DNA of 64,000 nucleotides. Source: Thermoproteota archaeon. GTDB taxonomy: Archaea; Korarchaeota; Korarchaeia; Korarchaeales; Korarchaeaceae. How positions within the stretch are numbered: the first letter of the stretch is position 1; each line of letters begins with the position of its first letter. Position numbers and translations under genes: made by a program. The notes beneath the pieces are model-generated. The model did no database searches. It saw only the letters and a program-made list of their open reading frames with translations, and had not been told where the DNA came from. Below, one piece after another: positions 57,486-64,000 of this stretch. The stretch is taken from contig JAOZFI010000043.1 in assembly GCA_027491395.1 (NCBI GenBank), positions 32,001 to 96,000 of the forward strand, given 5' to 3'.

Positions 57486-59273
57486 GTGTGCGGAATAGTG
57501 GGCATAGTGAGGAGACGCTTGGGAGTGGCCAGAGACCTAGTAAGATCCCTAAAAAAGCTGGAATACAGGGGATACGACTCAGCAGGGATAGCAGTGATGT
57601 CCAACGGGGATATAGAGGTAGTGAAGGGTGTAGGCACGATAGATGCGGTAGTAGAAGGCGCGGAGATAAGAGACGGATACGTAGGTATAGGCCATACTAG
57701 GTGGGCCACCCACGGAGGAGTAAGCCCCGAGAACGCACACCCTCACCTCTCCTGTAATGGCGAGGTGGCCGTTGTTCACAACGGAACTCTCGACGATTTT
57801 GAAGGCATGAGGAGAGAGCTGATAGCCAAGGGGCACGCGCTCCATTCAGAGACGGATACAGAGGTCGTGGCCCACTTGGTGGAGGAGAACCTTAAGTCGG
57901 GAGACGAACCCCTTTCGGCATTCGTGAAGGCCATTAAAAAGTTGAAGGGAAGCTATGCCTTAGTATCCATCATATCGGGAGAGAAAGCCCTCTTTCTAGC
58001 TAGGAACAAGAGTCCACTGGTCATAGGACTAGGGGAGGATGGAAATTACTGCGCATCGGATGTGGCCGCGCTGCTCCACCTGACGAACAGGTTCATCTTC
58101 ATGGAGGACGGGGAGATAGCCTTACTCACCCCTTCTAAGGTCATGATCTGGAGATTGAAGGGAGATAGGCTGGAGAAGGTCCATAAAGAGGCCGAAGAGG
58201 TGGAATGGACGCCTCAGTTGCTGGACAAGGGGATGTTCGATCACTTCATGCTTAAGGAGATACATGAGCAGCCTCACATCCTTAGGAAGATTGCGGAGAG
58301 CATTGATTACTACACGAGGTTCTCCGAGAGGCTGAGCTCCCTGCTTAGGGATGGATCTCTGACGATAGTTGCCGCTGGGACTTCCTACCATGCAGGTATG
58401 ATCGGAAAGTACCTCTTATCTAAGCTAGCTGGCGTCAGGTCTGAGATCATAGTGGCCTCGGAGTTCCCGGAATGGTCCTCCCACCTGAGGCAGGGCGACG
58501 TCGTCCTAGCCATCAGCCAATCAGGTGAGACCGCAGATGTGCTAGAGGCCGTTAGAATAGCGAAGTCAAAGGGCTCCATGGTGGTTTCCATAGTGAATGT
58601 CCCAGGAAGCACGCTCACTAGGATCTCCGATGAGTCCATCTTCATACAGGCGGGCCCGGAGGTAGGGGTTGCTGCGACTAAAACCTTCTCTGCCCAAGTA
58701 GCAGTCCTGTACGTCGTCTCTTCCCTCATTAGCGGCAGAAGCGGGATTTCTAGGGAGCTCATCGAGGTGTCAGAGCTGCTGAAGGGTTCTATGGGCTCTC
58801 TGGAGGAATTCTCCAAGAAAATGAGTGATCTCCTCAAGGACAAGGAGCACGTGTTCTTCTTGGGGAGGGGGATAAACTACCCGACGGCATTGGAGGGAGC
58901 GCTCAAGCTCAAGGAGATAAGTTACATACACGCCGAGGGCTATCCTGCTGGCGAGTACAAGCACGGACCGCTCGCCCTAATAGAGGAGGACACACCCGCC
59001 ATCGTGCTGGTTCCGGTGAATGAGGGGCTCCGAAAGAAGACGATATACAACATCATGGAGGTGAGATCTAGGGGGGCCTACACCATAACGATACAGCCCA
59101 GAGGTACTGAGATCCCGGCTGATGCGAGCTTGGAAACGGACGTCTGGAATGAACTCATCTCTCCACTGATCTACACGGTTCCACTGCAGTTAATAGCCTA
59201 CCACACGGCGGTAATCCTAGGAAGAGATCCGGACAAACCCAGAAACTTGGCTAAAAGTGTGACTGTGGAGTGA
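57486..59273 (+). CDS. glmS: glutamine--fructose-6-phosphate transaminase
   Basis: MCGI, EYRGYDSAG, HTRWATHG, SQSGETAD, DPDKPRNLAKSVTVE. Confidence 0.97.
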   Translation: MCGIVGIVRRRLGVARDLVRSLKKLEYRGYDSAGIAVMSNGDIEVVKGVGTIDAVVEGAEIRDGYVGIGHTRWATHGGVSPENAHPHLSCNGEVAVVHNGTLDDFEGMRRELIAKGHALHSETDTEVVAHLVEENLKSGDEPLSAFVKAIKKLKGSYALVSIISGEKALFLARNKSPLVIGLGEDGNYCASDVAALLHLTNRFIFMEDGEIALLTPSKVMIWRLKGDRLEKVHKEAEEVEWTPQLLDKGMFDHFMLKEIHEQPHILRKIAESIDYYTRFSERLSSLLRDGSLTIVAAGTSYHAGMIGKYLLSKLAGVRSEIIVASEFPEWSSHLRQGDVVLAISQSGETADVLEAVRIAKSKGSMVVSIVNVPGSTLTRISDESIFIQAGPEVGVAATKTFSAQVAVLYVVSSLISGRSGISRELIEVSELLKGSMGSLEEFSKKMSDLLKDKEHVFFLGRGINYPTALEGALKLKEISYIHAEGYPAGEYKHGPLALIEEDTPAIVLVPVNEGLRKKTIYNIMEVRSRGAYTITIQPRGTEIPADASLETDVWNELISPLIYTVPLQLIAYHTAVILGRDPDKPRNLAKSVTVE

Positions 59274-59277
59274 GAAA

Positions 59278-59508
59278 TCACTCCAGCGTTATAAATAGTA
59301 CATTGTTCCCCCTTATGAAGAGTGTGCCCATGCTCCTCCTCACTTCTTTCGTGTCGGGATCTAGTTCCCTAGCCGAATCTAGGACTAGGTTCATCATTTC
59401 ATCGTAGACCAGCAGCTTACCCCTTATCTCACTTCCGTTCTTCAATCTGACGGTTATCTCGGCGCCGTGGGCCTTCCTCAGATGCGATATCGGGAGCTCT
59501 CTACTCAT
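59278..59508 (-). CDS. second Sm/LSm protein
   Basis: V.LKNG..I.G.L..YD..MNLVL, IRGNNV. Confidence 0.9.
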   Translation of the reverse strand: MSRELPISHLRKAHGAEITVRLKNGSEIRGKLLVYDEMMNLVLDSARELDPDTKEVRRSMGTLFIRGNNVLFITLE

Positions 59509-59565
59509 AACTCATCACCAAAACCCGGACTACTCCATATTATAAATGGATGGGATGGAGCGGGA

Positions 59566-60219
59566 TCACCTGCTGCTCAGGGCGATCCTCTCTATCTCCT
59601 CCTTCCTCCTTATGGCGAAGCTCTTGTTCCTGTCGTACTCGGCAGCAGCGATTATCTCATCAGCAAGGGCCTCGGCCAGGCTCCTCGGGCTTCTGAATGC
59701 CTTCATAGCCGCTCCTTGGGCTATGTGCCTGATGGCGAGGTCGACCATCCTGCTCGGGGAAGTGTCAACGGCGTGAAAATAGCTGACTCCACCGTACATG
59801 ATCCTGGTGACCTCCTCCCTTATTATGGAGTTCTCGATGGCGTCTATGAAGACCTGTATGGGGTTCTTGCCGGTCCTCAACTCGATGATCTGGAACGCGT
59901 ACTTGACGGTCCTCAGGGCCTTGAGCTTCTTTCCTGGATTCTTGCTGTTTACATGGTCCTTTTTGCTACCAGCATTGATCGCCTGACTCATGAGCCTGTT
60001 AACCAGCCTCTCAACGATGGGAAGCTCGAGCTTTCCGAACCTCTTATGCTCGTGCCTTCCGCCGGTGTGCGGAAGGTAAACTGGCTTGAGGGAAATCACC
60101 CTCTTCAGGGCGACATTCTTCACCTCAACTCCCTCGTAGCTCCACTTACCGAAAAGCTTTATCTCGGGACCACCGGTCTTGGGGTTCTCCTCTGCCTTGA
60201 TCTCAACCTCCTCGCTCAT
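59566..60219 (-). CDS. rps7: 30S ribosomal protein S7
   Basis: [38 protein letters not shown]; ATG 60219 after GGTGA SD. Confidence 0.96.
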   Translation of the reverse strand: MSEEVEIKAEENPKTGGPEIKLFGKWSYEGVEVKNVALKRVISLKPVYLPHTGGRHEHKRFGKLELPIVERLVNRLMSQAINAGSKKDHVNSKNPGKKLKALRTVKYAFQIIELRTGKNPIQVFIDAIENSIIREEVTRIMYGGVSYFHAVDTSPSRMVDLAIRHIAQGAAMKAFRSPRSLAEALADEIIAAAEYDRNKSFAIRRKEEIERIALSSR

Positions 60220-60223
60220 GCGA

Positions 60224-60664
60224 TCACCTGCTGGGCTTCTCCTTCTTACCCTGCAGTATCGCCTGCAGGGATACACCGTTTACCTTTATCACTTTGTATC
60301 TGACTCCCGGTATGTCTCCCATGGACCTGCCCCTAGAACCGCCGATGCCCTCAATTATCACCTCGTCGTGCTCATTGATCACGTTCAGAGCACCATCTCC
60401 CGGTGCGAACGCGGTGACTATGACCCCGTTCTTGGCTAATTGGACCTTGACCGCCTTCCTAAGGCCGGAGTGAGGTTGCCTCGCCTCGAGACCTACCTTC
60501 TCCAGCACTATGCCCCTAGCCATGGGCGCACCCTCTAGAGGATCGAACTTCTCCTTCAGCCTGTACAATCTCCTCCTGACCTTCCAGCTGTGGAGTCTCT
60601 TCTCCTTGTACTTCTCAGCTAGCCCTCGAGCAGCGTACAGTCCCAGCGGAGATTTCTTACCCAT
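60224..60664 (-). CDS. rps12: 30S ribosomal protein S12
   Basis: [30 protein letters not shown]. Confidence 0.96.
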   Translation of the reverse strand: MGKKSPLGLYAARGLAEKYKEKRLHSWKVRRRLYRLKEKFDPLEGAPMARGIVLEKVGLEARQPHSGLRKAVKVQLAKNGVIVTAFAPGDGALNVINEHDEVIIEGIGGSRGRSMGDIPGVRYKVIKVNGVSLQAILQGKKEKPSR

Positions 60665-60673
60665 GCAACCACC

Positions 60674-61144
60674 TCACGAGGTAGGGGTAGTCCATGTTGC
60701 TATTTTAATGTTGTCTATGTCGTACCACCTCTTGGCTAGGATTCTGGCCCTCTTTATCCTCCTACCGTTCTTTCCTATGGCTATGCTCTTATCCTGCTCG
60801 ACTACGTATGCGATAGCGACGGTCTCATCGCCCTGCTTCACTATCCTGACTTTGGGTATTCTAGCTGGGCTCAGCAGATTGGTAACGAATCCCTCCGGAG
60901 TGTTGTCGAACTCGACCACCTCGATGGACATGTCTAGGTCTCCCCTCAAAAGGCGCCTCATGGTCTTCAGCTTCCTCCCTCCCCTCCCCACTGCCCTTCC
61001 TAAGTCACCCTTTTCCACCACAAATATAAGCCTGTTCTCCTCCTTGTCCTCCACGACGTCCTTGGGCCTGACCCCGAGCATGTTATGGAAGAGCTGTATG
61101 TAGCGGAACTGTTCAGGCGTTATGATTACTTTCCTACCTGGAAT
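60674..61144 (-). CDS. nusA: archaeal NusA (two KH domains)
   Basis: G.AVG.GG and AIGKNG..I KH motifs; conserved position between L30e and S12; N-terminus extends to an ATT codon. Confidence 0.92.
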   Translation of the reverse strand: MPGRKVIITPEQFRYIQLFHNMLGVRPKDVVEDKEENRLIFVVEKGDLGRAVGRGGRKLKTMRRLLRGDLDMSIEVVEFDNTPEGFVTNLLSPARIPKVRIVKQGDETVAIAYVVEQDKSIAIGKNGRRIKRARILAKRWYDIDNIKIATWTTPTS

Positions 61145-61162
61145 CCCCTACACCTCCAAAGA

Positions 61163-61474
61163 TCACTCCACTCCTAGGACCTCCAAGATCCTAGACTCAC
61201 CCTCCTCCATTACTGCTGCTACTGAAACGAAGAAGGGCTTCTTAAAGGCCCTTCCAAGGTCGATGGACTTGCCGGGGTATTGGTAGACCGGTACATTGGC
61301 CAGCTTGGCTAGGTACTCGACCTCCATCTTTATGTCCGGCGGCGCGTTGCTGGCGACTATCACTAACTTGGGATTCTCACCTGATTTCAGCTGCTTTACT
61401 ACCCTTCTAGCTCCCAGTATCACATTTCCGGACTTGAGAGCTAGATAAAGCTCAGGTTCGACTTCACTGCTCAT
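61163..61474 (-). CDS. rpl30e: 50S ribosomal protein L30e
   Basis: G.V.LG, KLVI.ASN.P, LG....KPF.VS, G.S.IL. Confidence 0.95.
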   Translation of the reverse strand: MSSEVEPELYLALKSGNVILGARRVVKQLKSGENPKLVIVASNAPPDIKMEVEYLAKLANVPVYQYPGKSIDLGRAFKKPFFVSVAAVMEEGESRILEVLGVE

Positions 61475-64000
61475 TCATTATCACCTCTACCGCTACCGGG
61501 CGGGCTGAGATCCCACCTGACCGAAACCCTCCCCGTCCCTATTGGCGGGGTCTGTCCCATTATTAAAGCGTCTAGTGGTCCCACTATCGGATTGTCCTCA
61601 CCACGCCTAGCAGTATTCAAGATGACGTGGGTGGTCCACTCGAAGGCCATCTTGCTGAGGGGAGTCTTCATCTCGCTGAAGAACCCTGATGCAACCCCAG
61701 CAGCTTGCAATCTTATGGCCTCTATGGTGCCAGAATAGGTCATCGTATCAGCCACCAGAGAGATATACCTCCTATCAACTTCCAGACCCTGTTCCTCCAA
61801 TATACGGGCCAGTTCCTTGAATATGCAGTTCCTAGCAGCCTCTATCCCCAAGACCTTCTCGATCTCCTTACAATCGTTGGTTATCGTCTTGGATACGTCG
61901 ACGCAGCTCAGGTTGAGCACCTCAGCCAAATTGGATCCGGTGGTCCTTATCACGTACTCCTTCTTACCGTCCACCTCCACGGTCTCCACCCAAGCCCTCT
62001 TTATCCCCTTTATACCGGAGACCAGCTTGTCCAGCACCCTGTAAGACCAAGATCTGAGGGTCTGAAGCGGTTTATCCTTCTTAGCTGCCTCGAAGAGCTC
62101 TACTATGACCTTATCGCCCTCTAGGGAGACCTCCCCCTTCATATTCTTGACGGCGCTCCTTATGTAACCCACAAACTTGTCGAGGGTGATGAGGTTGCTC
62201 TCTAGAGCCCTCATGTCGGGCTTCAGTATGAGCCTATAGCCGAAGTTGTCTATGGCATACTCCTCTATAAGATCCCTTATCCTCAGCTCCCTGATGCTCC
62301 TTATAACCTTCCTTATCTTCACCTCATCGTCTTGGCATTCGGGCTTGAGGTGTATCTCCATGGTGGGAGTGCTCGTGGAGGCATAGAAAACCAGCTCCTT
62401 GAACCTCTCCACCCCATGGGTCACATCCATGGCCAGCAGTCCGGGCGCGTGGAAGGTCCTGAGGACCATCTGGGTGGTGGGTTCCGCTATGCTCTGGGCA
62501 CTGATGAGGCCTATCGGGGTCAGGACCTCTACCTTGGCCCTCTCGAATCCCTCCTTTAGCTCCTCTATTATGGCCTTGAACTCAGACTCCTTTGGTCTCG
62601 CCTCGTGTATCTTATCCGCTAGAGCTGTCGGGAGCCCAGCCTCCTTCAGTGCCTCCTCTATCTTATTCTTAGAAACGCCCCTCTTCCTTTTACCCTTCAC
62701 ATGCCTCTCTATTATCCTCTTAATGTTGACGGGCTCGTTTCTGAACAGCTTGGTCGGGTCGTACCCATCACCGCCGAACCTGAACTGGAGGATGTGTCCC
62801 AGCGAGTCCCTGACCGTTTCATCGTAGGACACGTAAACGTCCTTGAGGGAGTTAGCAACCCTCCTATAGAAATACCCGCTGTCCTCGGTTCTCCTACCCT
62901 TGTCTATGAGGGACTCCCTGCTGGACATGGCGTGGAATATGAACTCCACTGGATTCAATCCCTTTACGTAGCTGTTCCTCACGAATCCCCTAGCCTCGGG
63001 GCTGAGGTCGCCCCTCTCGAAGTAGGAGAGCACCCTGTCCCTATACCCTTTCCTAGGCCTACCGCTGGTCAGCACGAATCCGATCCTCGTCTTGATCTTC
63101 TGCTGCCCGACCTGGCCCATTATCTGTGACAGGTTCGCTATTGAGCCTCTAGCTCCGGTCTTGGCCATTATGGCCACATTGGACTTCGGATCGACGTACT
63201 TGGCGACGACGTCGCTGACCTTGCTCCAGAAGCTATCTATCGTCTGAACTATATCGAATTCGAGCATCTGCTCCTCTCTCATCAATCTGAGGAGCTCCTC
63301 TTTGGTCCTGTAGATGGCCGTCTTCCTGACTATGGGCCTGCTCCTTATCAGCTCCATTACTTCCTCCTTGAGCTGAGAGTAGATGCCGTCTATCTCCTTG
63401 TAGGCCTCCTCAGGCATCATCAACTCCTTGGGGGAGGTGGTTATTCCGTAGAGCATGACCTCCTTGGCGGCTATCTTCAACAGCTTGTTGAGGAAGTCGG
63501 CGGCCATGTCATTACCGTAATCCCTTATGAGGACATCTATTATCGTGAGCTTCCCTTTGACGAGGGTGCCTACGATGTCGTCATCCAAGACACCGGAAAG
63601 GAGCTGGCCCTTCCTTATAAGCACATACCCGTCTCCGGGACAGGAGGGATCCACACACTCCACTCCCTTGGCTGATTTGGCCACGGACTCGAAGTCCAAA
63701 TCCTTGGGAAGCAGCACTGATATGAGCTGCTTCCCGGTCCATAGTTCCTTGGGTTTCTTTATGGCCGGTTCGGGAAGCTCCGTTATGCCAGCTCTGGCGA
63801 GGATCCTCGTCGCTTCTGACTTATCGAAGAGCGAGTCCTTCTTCGTTATCATATACAAGACCGTTATGAGGTCCTGCCTCGCCCCCACAATGGAACCCCC
63901 AGTCCTAGGGGAGAGCATGTTGTTCTTCACACCCATCAGCTCTTTAGCCTCGATAGCCCCGTCGATGAGCTGAGGCGCGTGGAGGTTCATTTCATCTCCA
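61471..64000 (-). CDS. rpoA: RNA polymerase largest subunit, unsplit A'+A'' (3' part; gene starts beyond the window)
   Basis: Window edge reads (D)GDEMNLH; continuous frame runs through the bridge helix, FGGDG.DP, AQSI.EP.TQM..RTFH, LGIEAAR and G..P.GTG. Confidence 0.95.
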   Translation of the reverse strand, partial: GDEMNLHAPQLIDGAIEAKELMGVKNNMLSPRTGGSIVGARQDLITVLYMITKKDSLFDKSEATRILARAGITELPEPAIKKPKELWTGKQLISVLLPKDLDFESVAKSAKGVECVDPSCPGDGYVLIRKGQLLSGVLDDDIVGTLVKGKLTIIDVLIRDYGNDMAADFLNKLLKIAAKEVMLYGITTSPKELMMPEEAYKEIDGIYSQLKEEVMELIRSRPIVRKTAIYRTKEELLRLMREEQMLEFDIVQTIDSFWSKVSDVVAKYVDPKSNVAIMAKTGARGSIANLSQIMGQVGQQKIKTRIGFVLTSGRPRKGYRDRVLSYFERGDLSPEARGFVRNSYVKGLNPVEFIFHAMSSRESLIDKGRRTEDSGYFYRRVANSLKDVYVSYDETVRDSLGHILQFRFGGDGYDPTKLFRNEPVNIKRIIERHVKGKRKRGVSKNKIEEALKEAGLPTALADKIHEARPKESEFKAIIEELKEGFERAKVEVLTPIGLISAQSIAEPTTQMVLRTFHAPGLLAMDVTHGVERFKELVFYASTSTPTMEIHLKPECQDDEVKIRKVIRSIRELRIRDLIEEYAIDNFGYRLILKPDMRALESNLITLDKFVGYIRSAVKNMKGEVSLEGDKVIVELFEAAKKDKPLQTLRSWSYRVLDKLVSGIKGIKRAWVETVEVDGKKEYVIRTTGSNLAEVLNLSCVDVSKTITNDCKEIEKVLGIEAARNCIFKELARILEEQGLEVDRRYISLVADTMTYSGTIEAIRLQAAGVASGFFSEMKTPLSKMAFEWTTHVILNTARRGEDNPIVGPLDALIMGQTPPIGTGRVSVRWDLSPPGSGRGDNE

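Noticed and set aside
1-64000. CRISPR arrays, IS elements, provirus, inteins, rRNA, tRNA introns
   Set aside because: None seen; RtcB and the visible part of Rpo1 show no intein-sized insertions

Overview
A 64 kb, very gene-dense stretch of an archaeal chromosome, most likely a Korarchaeota (Ca. Korarchaeum-like) genome. That assignment is an inference from the unsplit RNA polymerase A subunit, S30e, SepF, and a two-unit splicing endonuclease carrying a crenarchaeal-type loop. The window is mostly core information-processing genes: rpoA-L30e-nusA-S12-S7, tuf-S10, L3-L4-L23-L2-S19, rpoE-spt4-S24e-S27ae, aRF1, and many RNA-maturation genes (RtcB, archease, EndA, aCPSF1, KsgA, Trm1, Kae1/TsaC, fibrillarin, Nop5, Gar1, two Sm proteins). 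It also holds 10 intron-less tRNAs, proteostasis genes and some sugar/envelope genes. I see no CRISPR array, IS element, integrase, provirus or rRNA. Two short ribosomal protein genes missing from the ORF track (S27ae, S30e) were read by hand. The best candidates for undescribed biology are: a catalytically dead, internally deleted type II GAPDH coupled to pgk; a DUF1537 kinase-PdxA2-LarA operon (possible tetronate epimerase pathway); an EMC6-like membrane domain fused to a likely glycosylated extracellular domain; and substitutions in normally near-invariant motifs (RNAP bridge helix, uS12 PNSA loop, EF-1alpha NKxD, tRNA U33), together with non-canonical ATT/CTG start codons. All family calls come from motif recognition by eye; no database search was run.
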